Shown: piece by piece, positions 1-10,488 of the stretch | Layout: each line of letters opens with the position of its first letter | How positions within the stretch are numbered: the first letter of the stretch is position 1 | From: Acidobacteriota bacterium | Lineage (GTDB): Bacteria; Acidobacteriota; UBA890; WLXD01 | Length of the DNA: 64,000 bases | Assembly: GCA_965205505.1 (NCBI GenBank) | Contig: CBDBHB010000008.1 | Span: 352,001-416,000 of the forward strand | Direction of reading: 5' to 3' | The notes under the pieces: generated by a model | The model's input: the letters and a program-made list of their open reading frames with translations, nothing else | What the model was told of the DNA's origin: nothing | The model's database searches: none | Position numbers and translations under genes: made by a program

Positions 1-822
1 CGTCGGCGCCCAATAGCCCATCGACGTTACGGCGGCGATAGAGAGTACCGCTCGGACCGCGTCGCGAACACCAAGTCGGCACAGGCCAACGTCCGGTGCC
101 GTCTCTTGTTGCAGAATCAGACCAAGGGCATCCTGTCGTGTTTTCAGTCACCGCAGCCGCGCCTCGAGACATCTAACGCTTGCCTGTTCTGCTTTGGAGT
201 GCGTCACGAACGGCCTTGCTGTTAGCCATCACTTGTCTCTGTCAGCAGGTTAGGGTTGCACTACAACTTTCTAGCTAGAGCCCTCATCGTGCCGTATGAA
301 GACAGGCTAGCTGGCTCTGTGCCGCATGGCGGGTGGGCGCGCCGCATTGCTGCGTGTGCTGTCCGTGACCGACCAGGCAGTGGAGCTCACCGATGCTGGA
401 GGGCCACAGGCCTGGTACCGGCGCACAGACGTGTTCCGAATGGATAGTGCGCTCCTGTCGGCGCTGGTACGCGCCCGCGCTGCCGGCGACACCGCAGCCC
501 TGGAGGCGCTATGGGACCAGGCAGTGCCCTGGGCACCTGGAGGAGCAGGACGGTTGAAGGGTACGGCTCGGGCGCGCCCGTGAAGGTCGGCTCGCTGAGC
601 CCCCAGAGGTCTAAAGGAGTCCATCGTATTCCCCGAAATAATGGTGGAAATGGTGCGGGGATGTGCGACTAGTTGTTCATGTAACATATTGTAGATAAGC
701 AGTTTATAAGAATTACTATGGCGGTTTCTGCCATCGTCGGCGTTGGGGGAGTCTCGCGGCCCCAAGAGTACGCTACGGGCAGCAGAAGCCGCCCGTTGTG
801 ATTCCGAACCTGGAGGCAGACT

Positions 823-2190
823 GTGAAGCTGCGTTACGCCGTACTGGCGCTCGTCTGCTTCGTCGGGGTCGCACACACTGGCGCAGCCGCACCGCGGGTC
901 GCGGCGGCGGTGGACAGCGTGGCGCCCGAGCGCATCGTGGTGGTGGGCGGGGGCATCTCTGGCCTGGCGGCGGCGCACACGTTGCACGAGGCCGGTTACG
1001 AGGTCGTGGTGCTGGAGGCCAAGGACCACCTCGGCGGACGCGTCTGGACGGACCGCGCCACGGGGACGCCGCTGGACATGGGAGCCAACTGGATTCAGGG
1101 AGTCCAGGGCAACCCGATCAGCACGCTCGCCGACCAGCTCGGGCTCGAGCGGGTCGTGACCGACTACGACAACACTGCGGACTATGACTTTGACGGCACC
1201 CCGGAGCCGCTGAACCAGGCCCAGTACGCCAGCTGGGAGAGCGTGCTCTGGTCGTACACACGCAGTTTTCTGCGCCGCGCGCCCAACGCCACGATCCAGA
1301 TCATGATCGACCGGGCACGCCAGGCGGGTGAACTCGATACCCTCACGGATCGGCAGCTGGACTTTCTACTCAACAACTACGTTGAGCAGGAGTACGCAGC
1401 CGACGCCGCGGAGATGGCGGTTCGCGGCCTTGGTGAAGGCAAGTCGTTTCGCGGTGACGATGTCGTCTTTCCGGGAGGCTACGACGCCATCATCGCCGCC
1501 TTGGCCAGCGGCTTGAGCGTGCATCTGAGCACCGTGGTGAGGATCATCGAGCACGGGGGTTTCGGGGTCAGGGTGCATACGGACAGCGAGGTGTTCGAGG
1601 CGCAGCGACTCGTGGTAACGCTTCCTCTCGGGGTGCTCAAGTCGGGTGACGTGAAGTTCACGCCGCGGCTGCCGCTCTGGAAGCGTCGGGCAATAGAGCG
1701 GCTCGAGATGGGCGTGTTAAACAAGGTCTGGCTGGTGTTTCCGAACGTGTTCTGGGACGCCGAGGTGCATGCGATCAACTACCTGAGCCAGGGCAAGGGG
1801 CGGTTCTCCTACTGGCTGAACTTGTCACGCCACACCGGTGCTCCGGTGTTGGTGGCGTTCAACGCTGGCGCCTACGGACGAGAAGTGGAAACGCTGAGCG
1901 ACGCGCAAATCATCGACGCAGCCATGCAGGTGCTGCGGAGGATATACGGCGGCGGCATTCCCGATCCGGTGGCAACGCGCATCACGCGCTGGTCCTCGGA
2001 CCCTTTCGCGTATGGCTCGTACTCGTTCCTACCACCTGGTGCGCGGAGCGTTCACCGACGGCGGCTGGCACGAGCCGTCAAGGGCCGACTGTTGTTCGCG
2101 GGCGAGGCGACCAGCCACGAGTACCCGGCTACGGTGCACGGCGCCTACCTGTCGGGGGTGCGGGCGGCAGAGCAGATCCTGGATCGCTAG
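823..2190 (+). CDS. Secreted flavin monoamine oxidase / polyamine oxidase family FAD-dependent oxidoreductase
   Basis: N-terminal signal peptide, GGGISG FAD-binding motif, LEAKDHLGGR, C-terminal FAGEAT...TVHGAYLSG motif. Confidence 0.9.
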   Translation: MKLRYAVLALVCFVGVAHTGAAAPRVAAAVDSVAPERIVVVGGGISGLAAAHTLHEAGYEVVVLEAKDHLGGRVWTDRATGTPLDMGANWIQGVQGNPISTLADQLGLERVVTDYDNTADYDFDGTPEPLNQAQYASWESVLWSYTRSFLRRAPNATIQIMIDRARQAGELDTLTDRQLDFLLNNYVEQEYAADAAEMAVRGLGEGKSFRGDDVVFPGGYDAIIAALASGLSVHLSTVVRIIEHGGFGVRVHTDSEVFEAQRLVVTLPLGVLKSGDVKFTPRLPLWKRRAIERLEMGVLNKVWLVFPNVFWDAEVHAINYLSQGKGRFSYWLNLSRHTGAPVLVAFNAGAYGREVETLSDAQIIDAAMQVLRRIYGGGIPDPVATRITRWSSDPFAYGSYSFLPPGARSVHRRRLARAVKGRLLFAGEATSHEYPATVHGAYLSGVRAAEQILDR

Positions 2191-2570
2191 CGGATCCGCA
2201 CGGCTGCTCTACGGGGCCGCCTGTGCAGAGAATAGCCAGCCGCGTCGTGGTCGAGAGTGTCATAGTCGGCGCGCCTATCTGCGCCGTCTTCGGCACGCCG
2301 CGTGGTAGGCCGCAGAGTAGCTGACTGGATACGTCTCGACGCAACTGCGGCTCATGGCCGGCTCGCGTGCGCGGCGACGGTACCGGTCGCGTGCGGCTCT
2401 CGCGGCGCGGCGGTGTTGACGTGGCGGCGTGTCACCCCTCGCCGCTGACGCATCCGCTGCATCTCCCCGGCGCGTCGCCGTCAGGTCTCTCGTCGGTAGA
2501 GTGCGGGACTCGATCGGTCGAGAAACGATGCCCCGAGGCCAGGCCGTGTTAGACGGACGTTAGATAGAAC

Positions 2571-2611
2571 GACGAAAGGGACCAGGCGTCTCCGACTTGG
2601 TCCCTTTCGTC
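2571..2611. terminator. 14-bp-stem hairpin just downstream of the tRNA 3' end
   Basis: GACGAAAGGGACCA...TGGTCCCTTTCGTC inverted repeat. Confidence 0.6.
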
Positions 2612-2627
2612 ATCGGCACTTACGCAG

Positions 2628-2701
<74 letters not shown>

Positions 2702-2739
2702 TCCAGGAAAAAAGACGGTACGACAGGCTCCAGGGGTCG

Positions 2740-3678
2740 TCAAGCGCGCTGCCGGGACATCTCGATGAGCGGAAACGCAGCGCGGGCGCGGCGCCGTAGC
2801 AAGCGTGCCTTGAGCGTGGCCGCGGCGGCGCGCCAGGCGGCCGGTGGACGGACCAGGTGGACGGCTAGATGCAGCTGTTCGCTGATTTGCGCCAGCCGCG
2901 CCGAGGTCAAGAAACCGATGCCGCTGAACGAGTCCGTATCGTGGCCTGAGCTGCGCATCGCGCGGCGCTGCTCCTCGAGCATCTGCTCGCCGTCGTCGCC
3001 ACGCTGGTAGTACGGCGTATCCATGACAACCAGGCTGCCCTTCGGGCGAAGCACGCGGAGCGCTTCCGAGAGGGTATCTCGAAGGGAATTGGAGTAGTGG
3101 ATGCTGCCATTGAAGATCAGTAAGTCGGCGTCACTGTCGGCCAACGGCAGGCGATCGAAGCCTGCTTGGATGGTCAAGATCGAGCCGGGTTCGGCGTAGC
3201 GTGCGAGAGCACCGAGACCATCGCGTTCGTCGGCGTTGACATCGACGGCGGCGACTCGATGGCCACTACACGCAAGGCGGTGACTGAGCCAGCCATTACC
3301 CGCGCCCACGTCGACAATGCGCAGCTCGCGGTCCGCCGTACGCGACATCGGGCGGACGACGCGCCGCTCCAAGCAACGGTAGCTCTGAGCTCGGATTCTC
3401 CATACTGCGGAGTGACGTCGCGAGCGGTCCTCGAACGGCAACGCGCGGTAGAACTCTGCGTCGTCGCTGCCCCATCCCTCGGTCTCTCGCACCCGCGCGT
3501 ACTGATCCAGAAAGGGCTGGTGGGCAATGCGGTCAGCATCACGCAGGAGTCGCCAGATTCCCGCCTCGGCGTTCCACATCCGGCTCTCACTCGCGCACCG
3601 GCGAGCGTCGCCGACCGGCTCCTCGAGGCGGCTACGGCACTCCGGGCAGATGAGTCGAAACACCGGGGTTGCGGGCAC
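2740..3678 (-). CDS. Class I SAM-dependent methyltransferase with N-terminal Trm112-like Cys knuckle
   Basis: CPEC...C N-terminus, VDVGAGNGW motif I, LRVLRPKG motif. Confidence 0.85.
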   Translation of the reverse strand: MPATPVFRLICPECRSRLEEPVGDARRCASESRMWNAEAGIWRLLRDADRIAHQPFLDQYARVRETEGWGSDDAEFYRALPFEDRSRRHSAVWRIRAQSYRCLERRVVRPMSRTADRELRIVDVGAGNGWLSHRLACSGHRVAAVDVNADERDGLGALARYAEPGSILTIQAGFDRLPLADSDADLLIFNGSIHYSNSLRDTLSEALRVLRPKGSLVVMDTPYYQRGDDGEQMLEEQRRAMRSSGHDTDSFSGIGFLTSARLAQISEQLHLAVHLVRPPAAWRAAAATLKARLLRRRARAAFPLIEMSRQRA

Positions 3679-3687
3679 GCCGACAGC

Positions 3688-3699
3688 CTAGCAGGCCGT
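3688..3699 (+). repeat. CTAG-terminated repeat family member (short)
   Basis: CTAGCAGGCCGT matches the consensus end CTAGCAGGCCGTGGTGGAAG. Confidence 0.5.
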
Positions 3700-3738
3700 A
3701 CTGGAGGATCATCCCGGCGATCCTGGTACGCTAGATCC

Positions 3739-4236
3739 ATGGTCGAGGCGGAGGCACGAATCAAGCGCTGGCTCTCGGTACCGGGGAGCTCTGCCGCGTT
3801 ACAGCCGATCGTGCGCAACATGGCACGGTTGTTCGCGCCGCGTCACCGCATCGGTGTGTTCGTCGCCACCTTCGACAACGACGACCGCGTGCTCCTCCTG
3901 CGACATGTACTGCATCCGGCGGCTCCCTGGGGTCTGCCTGGCGGCTGGCTGGAGCGGCACGAGCGGCCGCAGGACGGAGCACGGCGCGAGTTTCGTGAGG
4001 AGACCGGGCTCGATGTCGAAATCGGAGACATTGCTCAGCTCGAGATCGAGAGCGAGCCCGAACACGTAACGATCGTATTTCTGGGCCGGGCGCTCGCCGG
4101 TGACGTTCGGCTCGGTGCGGAGATCGCCGACCATGGCTGGTTTGGTGAGGAAGAGTTACCGACCGGCACACCGCCATTTTTCAGGACCGCGATCCGGCAT
4201 GCTGTGCAACGCGCGCGCGAGGTCGATGCACGATGA
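3739..4236 (+). CDS. NUDIX hydrolase
   Basis: Nudix box GGWLERHERPQDGARREFREETGL; start placed at ATG 3739. Confidence 0.88.
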   Translation: MVEAEARIKRWLSVPGSSAALQPIVRNMARLFAPRHRIGVFVATFDNDDRVLLLRHVLHPAAPWGLPGGWLERHERPQDGARREFREETGLDVEIGDIAQLEIESEPEHVTIVFLGRALAGDVRLGAEIADHGWFGEEELPTGTPPFFRTAIRHAVQRAREVDAR

Positions 4237-5269
4237 CGCTCCGTGTTGGTATCGACGCACGGTTTGTCGATCCGGCCTACCCGGGGATCGGGCGTTACGT
4301 GTCGAATCTGATTCCGGCGCTAACTCGCCAGCCCGGCATCGATCGAGTGTGTGTTTTTCACCGCGCCGAGCAATCACTCGACGATCTGGCACATGGAGCG
4401 CGCCCAGAGGACGTGCGCTCGATAAGAGTGCGGGCGCGGGTGCGGTCCCTGGCTGAACAGCTCGAGCTGCCGCGTCTGGCACGGCGCCACCGACTCGACG
4501 TGTTCCACGCCCCCTACGTGCTGGCGCCCATGCGCCTTCCCTGCCCCATGGCGGTGAACATCTACGACCTGATTCCGCTACGCCCCGACGGTGGCCTATC
4601 GCCGCCGAGACGCGCTGCGTTCCGGCAGCTCGTTCGGCTGGCGTTGCGGCGGGCGGAGAGTTCCGACCGATCGGCACCGATGAGAGCCACGCGGCGCTCG
4701 CCGGCCTGGACGTTCCCGAGAGTTACCTCCTCTACGTTGGCGCTTGGCGGCCTCACAAGAACCTGGCCCGGCTGCTAGAGGCCTGGGGACGGCTTGGCGA
4801 CGCCAGGCAAGGGGCGCACCTGCTGCTAGCGGGCCCGGCGGGCGCCGATGAGGCGATGAGCTCCTCCGCAGCGGCGGGTCGCGAGCTCGACAACGTCCGG
4901 TTCCTCGGTTGTATCCCCAACGCCGTGCTGCCCTCCTTATACTCCCGAGCCCAGGGCTACGTGCAACCGTCCATCGAGGAAGGATTCGGGTTCCCGGTGC
5001 TCGAGGCGATGGCCTGCGGTGTCCCCGTCGCCTGCTCGGCGACGGCTGCTCTGCGCGAGCTCACAGGCGCGGCAGCGATCCATTTCGATCCATTCAACAC
5101 TGGCTCCATCGTTGCGTCCCTTCGGCACCTGCTTGCCGGGGAGCACGGCCGCGCCGATCGAATCCGCGCTGGTCTGCGGCGCGCCGCCGAGCTCGATTGG
5201 AGCCACACCGCCACGTCCACGGTCGAGATCTACCGCGATATCGCCCGACCGGCGGCACGGGTAGCGTGA
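4233..5269 (+). pseudogene. GT4 glycosyltransferase disrupted by an internal deletion/frameshift near 4660
   Basis: N-terminal VGIDAR...GIGRY. A different frame resumes as DVPESYLLYVGAWRPHKNL and ends with EEGFGFPVLEAMACGVPV; the segment expected between them is missing. Confidence 0.8.
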
Positions 5270-5274
5270 GTCGA

Positions 5275-6369
5275 ATGCGGGTGCTGCACGTGTACAAGGA
5301 TTACCCCCCGGTGATCGGCGGCATCGAGGGACACATACGTCTGCTCGCAGAGGCGCAGGCTCGACGCGGGTTGGAGGTGACCGTGTTGGCCACCTCGCCC
5401 GACCGCCATACATCGATCGACCAGGAGCATGGCGTACGGGTGGTCCGGGCCGGCCGGCTTGGGGAGCTGGCGTCGACACCCATCAGCCTGCGGTTGGTGC
5501 GACAGCTACAGCGCGAGCGCGCCGACGTAGTGCATGTGCACATGCCGTATCCGTTGGCTGAGCTTGCCGAGCTCACGATGGGGGGCCGGCGTGCTTGCGT
5601 GGTGACCTACCACAGCGATGTGGTAAGGCAGCGAACGTGGGCGGGGTTGCTCGCCCCGCTGCGCCGGCGGTTCTTGCAACGCACCCGATGCGTGCTCGCT
5701 ACCAGTGCCGCGTATGTGAGTAGCTCTCCGACACTGAGCCGCATGCGCGACAAGTGCCGCGTCGTTCCGCTGGGCGTCGACATCGAACGGTTCGCCGACC
5801 CCGAGCGCACCGTCCGGTCGTCGATCGACGTGGCTGGACAGGTCGTCCTTTTCGTAGGCCGCTTCCGCCACTACAAGGGGTTGTCTGTTCTGGTCGAGGC
5901 GATGACGCAACTCGATGCGAACCTGGTGCTGGTGGGCGACGGTGTCGAACGGCGCCGCCTCGAGCGTCAGATTCGCCACTCCCCGGCGCGTTCGCGCATC
6001 AGTATTATCAGCGACGTGACCGACGAGGACCTGCCCGGCTGCTACGCTCGTGCCGACGTCGTCGTGCTCCCTTCAACGCAGCGCAGCGAGGCCTTCGGGT
6101 TGACGCTGGTCGAGGCCATGGCGAGCGGCACTCCTGTGGTCAGCACCGAGCTGAGCACTGGAACGAGCGAAGTGAACGAGCACGGGGTTACCGGCTTGGT
6201 GGTGCCCCCCGACGATCCGGCGTCGCTGCGGGCCGCGCTCGATACGCTGCTGGGCGATACGACGCTGCGAGAGCGCATGGGGCGCGCCGCAACGCACCGC
6301 GCTCGTGCGTGCTACGCCGCGAGCCAGATGGTCGATGCCACCCTCGAGGCCTACGAGGACGCTCTATGA
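5275..6369 (+). CDS. GT4 glycosyltransferase (WbdB/RfaG-like)
   Basis: MRVLHVYKDYPPVIGGIE, FVGRFRHYKG, SEAFGLTLVEAMASGTPVV. Confidence 0.92.
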   Translation: MRVLHVYKDYPPVIGGIEGHIRLLAEAQARRGLEVTVLATSPDRHTSIDQEHGVRVVRAGRLGELASTPISLRLVRQLQRERADVVHVHMPYPLAELAELTMGGRRACVVTYHSDVVRQRTWAGLLAPLRRRFLQRTRCVLATSAAYVSSSPTLSRMRDKCRVVPLGVDIERFADPERTVRSSIDVAGQVVLFVGRFRHYKGLSVLVEAMTQLDANLVLVGDGVERRRLERQIRHSPARSRISIISDVTDEDLPGCYARADVVVLPSTQRSEAFGLTLVEAMASGTPVVSTELSTGTSEVNEHGVTGLVVPPDDPASLRAALDTLLGDTTLRERMGRAATHRARACYAASQMVDATLEAYEDAL

Positions 6370-7496
6370 GCTCGTACCTCACACCCACATCGCCGCGGCA
6401 GACACCCGGTGCGCTGGCGTCCGGGGGAACATCACCAAGAGTGCTGACTCCGATAGAGCGAGACGTCGTGCTGACCCTCGCTTACGCCGACATGTTCGAC
6501 TATCCGCTTACCTTGCCGGAGATACATCGCTACCTCGTCGGCACCGCCGCAGAGTTGGCCGAGGTAACCACCGCGGTCAACGGGCTGGAGGGGCGGGGCA
6601 TCGAGCGGCGCGACGGCTACGTGTTCGTAGCCGGACGTCGGCACACCGTCGACATGCGACTCCGCCGCCGGCGTTCGAGCGCACCTCGATGGGACACGGC
6701 GCGACGATACGCGTGGGCCTTGAGTCGGTGTCCGTTCGTGCGGATGGTGGCGGTGTGTGGCTCGTTGGCGGTAGACAACGTCGACGACCACGGCGATATC
6801 GATATCTTCTGCATCACCGTCCGTGGGCGGCTCTGGTGGGGGCAGGTGGCCGCCATGCTGCTACGCCGGTTGCCGGCGTTCGCGCGCCAGCATGTGTGTC
6901 CGAACTTCTTTCTATCAGCTGGCAGCCTGCGCCTCGACGACCGCAACCTGTACACAGCTCACGAGATCATCCAGGCTGCGCCACTGGCCGGCGAAGCAGT
7001 GTACCGCGAGTTCGTCGACGCCAACGACTGGCTCGACGAGCTACTACCCAACGCGCGCGGCGCAGATGTAGACACCATTGGCGGGGCCGCCGATGAGCCC
7101 GGCGGCGGACCACGAGGTGACCACCAACGCCGAGGCGCCGCGTTCATCGAACGACTGTTCGGTGGCCGGTTCGGGGACGCGCTCGACCGCATAGGCTACG
7201 AGACATTGCTCCGCTACTACGCGCTGCGGTTGCGTGCACGCGGTGTAACCCTGCAACAGCTGCGCCGCTATTACCGACGCGATCGCCAGCTGGTTGTCGG
7301 TGGGGGCTACGAGGCGATCGTTCGATCGCGGTTTGCCGCGCACCTGCGCGAGCTTCTCGGCGACCCTGGCGCGGCCGCCATGGTGGCGCGTCTGCTCCCC
7401 GTTGGCGAAGCTAGCGCCACGAACGGGCCGGGCCGCCGGCCATCGCAGCCGCTGTACGAGCAGCAGTTCGAGACTCGCTACGGAGCAGACCGGTGA
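6366..7496 (+). CDS. Pol-beta-like nucleotidyltransferase domain protein with N-terminal winged-helix-like region
   Basis: VAVCGSLA...DDHGDIDIF matches the hG[GS]x(9-13)DxD motif; translationally coupled on both sides. Confidence 0.7.
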   Translation: MSSYLTPTSPRQTPGALASGGTSPRVLTPIERDVVLTLAYADMFDYPLTLPEIHRYLVGTAAELAEVTTAVNGLEGRGIERRDGYVFVAGRRHTVDMRLRRRRSSAPRWDTARRYAWALSRCPFVRMVAVCGSLAVDNVDDHGDIDIFCITVRGRLWWGQVAAMLLRRLPAFARQHVCPNFFLSAGSLRLDDRNLYTAHEIIQAAPLAGEAVYREFVDANDWLDELLPNARGADVDTIGGAADEPGGGPRGDHQRRGAAFIERLFGGRFGDALDRIGYETLLRYYALRLRARGVTLQQLRRYYRRDRQLVVGGGYEAIVRSRFAAHLRELLGDPGAAAMVARLLPVGEASATNGPGRRPSQPLYEQQFETRYGADR

Positions 7497-9067
7497 GCGA
7501 CCTGCTGGTGGGCCAGTCCTATTTCCTACGCTTCGACCCGAAACTCTACCGGGCCATGCGGCCGCAGCCGCCACTGGGATCGTTGTGGGCCGCGTCGTGC
7601 GCCCGCCAGCAAGGCCACTCGGTGCAGGTGTTCGACGCCATGCTGGCAGAGTCTGAGGACGACTGGGCCGCGGCGCTAGAGCGGGCCCGCCCGCGTTTCG
7701 CCGTGTTGTTCGAAGACAACTTCAACTACCTGTCGAAGATGTGTCTGCTACGCATGCGCGAGGCAGCATTCCGCATGATCGCAATGGCAGGCAAGCGCCA
7801 GTGCGAGGTAATCGTGTGCGGCTCCGACGCTACCGATCACTCACGTGAGTACCTCGAGCAGGGGGCCGACTTCGTGCTCAGCGGCGAGGGTGAGGCCACC
7901 TTGATCGAGCTTTTGGCCTCACGCACCGGGCGCAGCGACCAACCGGTGGAGGCGATCGCAGGTTTGCGCTTCCTGGCAGCCGACGGCAGCTTTCGCGACG
8001 CCGGCAGCCGGCCTCTGCTGATCGATCTGGATGCGTTGCCCGCACCGGCGCGGGATCTGATCGACATGGAGCGCTATGCGTCGATCTGGCGGCAACGCCA
8101 CGGCATGTTCTCGCTGAACATGGCCACCACCCGCGGCTGTCCCTTCCACTGCAACTGGTGCGCCAAGCCCATCTGGGGGCAGGCCTACCACACCCGTAGC
8201 CCTGAGCACGTGGTCGCCGAGATGGCGCAGATAGTCGAGCAATACGGCGTGGAGCACATCGACTTCGCCGACGACATCATGGGGCTGCAGCCGGGATGGC
8301 TGGGGCGATTCGCCGACCGTCTTGCCGACGCCGGGCTCCGAGTGCCCTACAAGTGCCCGAGCCGCGCCGACCTGCTGCTGCGCGAAGGCGAGATCGGCGC
8401 GCTGCGACGCTCCGGTTGCCGCACGGTATGGATGGGGGCCGAGTCGGGCTCGCAGAAGGTTCTCGATGCGATGGAGAAGGGCACCACGGTCGAACAAGTC
8501 GAGGAGGCCAGTGGGCAGCTGCGCCAGGCGGGAATCGGCGTCGGGTTCTTTCTGCAGTTCGGCTACCCGGGCGAGACACAAGATGACATCGATCGGACGC
8601 AACAGCTGGTGCGACGCTGCGCGCCCGACGAGATCGGCATCTCGGTGTCGTACCCGCTGCCCGGCACCAAGTTCCATGATCGCGTGCAAGAGCAGTTCGG
8701 CACGCAGCGCAACTGGGTAGATTCCGACGACATGGCGATGCTCTACGCCGGCCCGTATAGCGCTCCGTTTTATCGTCGGCTGTACCACGTTGTGCAGCTC
8801 GAATTCCGTCGCGACCGAGCGCTTGCCGAGGCCATCGGCCGCGATCACCGACCGACCTCGACGCCCCGCCGACGATTGCGCTGTCTCGCCGCAGCCACGG
8901 CGCACACACTGCGTTTGCCGTTCGAACGTAGGCAACTGGAACGACTGCGGCGGCAATCGGCAAGCGGGCCGCAGCTGATCGCCCAGCCGGTCGATCGGGA
9001 AGAGGCCGCCACCCCTACCCCGCAGGCTGCCGCGCACGCCACTCCGCAGCCAATCGCGCAGGGCTGA
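7493..9067 (+). CDS. B12-binding radical SAM protein #1
   Basis: PPLG cobalamin-binding N-domain, TRGCPFHCNWC (CxxxCxxC), GAESGSQ. Confidence 0.92.
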   Translation: MSDLLVGQSYFLRFDPKLYRAMRPQPPLGSLWAASCARQQGHSVQVFDAMLAESEDDWAAALERARPRFAVLFEDNFNYLSKMCLLRMREAAFRMIAMAGKRQCEVIVCGSDATDHSREYLEQGADFVLSGEGEATLIELLASRTGRSDQPVEAIAGLRFLAADGSFRDAGSRPLLIDLDALPAPARDLIDMERYASIWRQRHGMFSLNMATTRGCPFHCNWCAKPIWGQAYHTRSPEHVVAEMAQIVEQYGVEHIDFADDIMGLQPGWLGRFADRLADAGLRVPYKCPSRADLLLREGEIGALRRSGCRTVWMGAESGSQKVLDAMEKGTTVEQVEEASGQLRQAGIGVGFFLQFGYPGETQDDIDRTQQLVRRCAPDEIGISVSYPLPGTKFHDRVQEQFGTQRNWVDSDDMAMLYAGPYSAPFYRRLYHVVQLEFRRDRALAEAIGRDHRPTSTPRRRLRCLAAATAHTLRLPFERRQLERLRRQSASGPQLIAQPVDREEAATPTPQAAAHATPQPIAQG

Positions 9068-9072
9068 GAGCG

Positions 9073-10484
9073 ATGCGGCGGAGTGTCGTCCTGTACAATC
9101 CTCAGGCGGTCTTCTTCACCATGCCGCTGGGTCTCCTGGCGGTCGGATCGGCGCTCGATCCCAGCCGCTATTCGGTACGGATCATCGATGCCCGGCTGGA
9201 AGCGAACCCGCATGAAGCGCTCGTTGCCGCCGCCGAGGACGCCGTTTGTGTGGGAATCGGTGTGCTAACTGGCGCCCCGATACACGATGCGCTGGCGGCC
9301 TCCAGGGCCGTCAAGGCCCGCTTCCCAGCACTGCCCGTGGTGTGGGGCGGCTGGCACCCGTCGCTCTTTCCGACCGCGACGCTCGATGAGCCCACCATCG
9401 ACGTATCGGTACAGGGGCAAGGCGAGCAGACGTTCGCGGAGCTCGTTGAACGGCTCGACCGGGGCGATGATCTAGCCGGCTTGCCAGGCATCGCCTATCG
9501 GAACGGCGACCGCGTGTTACAGAACCCCCCCCCCGCCCACTTGCCTCCATGGACGAGCTTCCGCAGCCCGACTACGGGCTCATCGACGTGCCCGCCTACT
9601 TCGCGAGGAAGGGCGCGCCACAGTTCGATTTCGTCTCCTCGACCGGTTGCCATTTCCGCTGTGCCTTCTGTGCCGATCCGTTCGTCTACAAGCGCGGCTG
9701 GGTGGCGCTGTCGCCGCCGCGGTTCGGCGACCTGATCGAGGAGCACTGGCGTCGCTATCGCTTCGGTGAGCTCGCATTTCAGGACGAGACCTTCTTCACC
9801 TACCGCGATCGTGTAGCGGCGATCGCCGAGGAGATCCTGCGACGCGACCTGCACTTCAGCTGGACGGCGACGATGCGCGCCGACCAGGGGACCCGGCTCA
9901 CCGGCGAGATCTTCGAGCACTGCGTACGCTCCGGCATGAGCCGGCTGCTTATCGGGGTGGAGTCGGGCGATCAGGCAACGCTCGATTGGATGCAGAAGGA
10001 CATCACGATCGACCAGGTCATGGAGTGTGCCGAGCTTTGCGCGCACTACCGAGTCGGCGCGCAGTTCCCGTTCATCGTCGGCTTCCCCGGAGAGCCGGAC
10101 AAGAGCATCGAGCGCTCGCTGAGGCTGGCACACCGGCTGCGTCGCATGAGCCCGCGCTTCGAGACGCCGATCTTCTACTTCAAGCCCTACCCGGGCTCGC
10201 CGATCACCGCACAGGCCGTGCGCGACGGTTACGCGCTGCCGGCCGACCTGGAGGGTTGGGCCAACTTCGACTTCGTCGGCTCCGCTGGCCCCTGGGTAAG
10301 CGCCGAGCTCTTTCGCCGTGTCGAGCGGTTCAAGTTCTACAACCGTTTCGCAGGCGGGCCCGACAGGTTGCTCAAGCGACCGCTCGCCTGGCTTGCTCGC
10401 TGGCGCTGCCGACACAATTTCTTCGCGCTGCCGGTAGAGAAGCTCGTCGTCGAGCAACTGGCGCCCACGCCACAGCTTTCCTGA
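9073..10484 (+). CDS. B12-binding radical SAM protein #2, frameshifted at a C homopolymer near 9524-9534
   Basis: MPLGLL...WGGWHPS B12 domain in ORF 9073-9735; GCHFRCAFC and GVESGDQ in ORF 9549-10484. Confidence 0.88.
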
Positions 10485-10488
10485 GCCC

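Noticed and set aside
326-583. 85-aa ORF on +
   Set aside because: It could be real, but no motif or clear RBS supports a call.
660-715. dif/Xer site in the AT-rich tract
   Set aside because: No adequate match to the XerD arm TTATGTTAAAT or the 11-6-11 layout.
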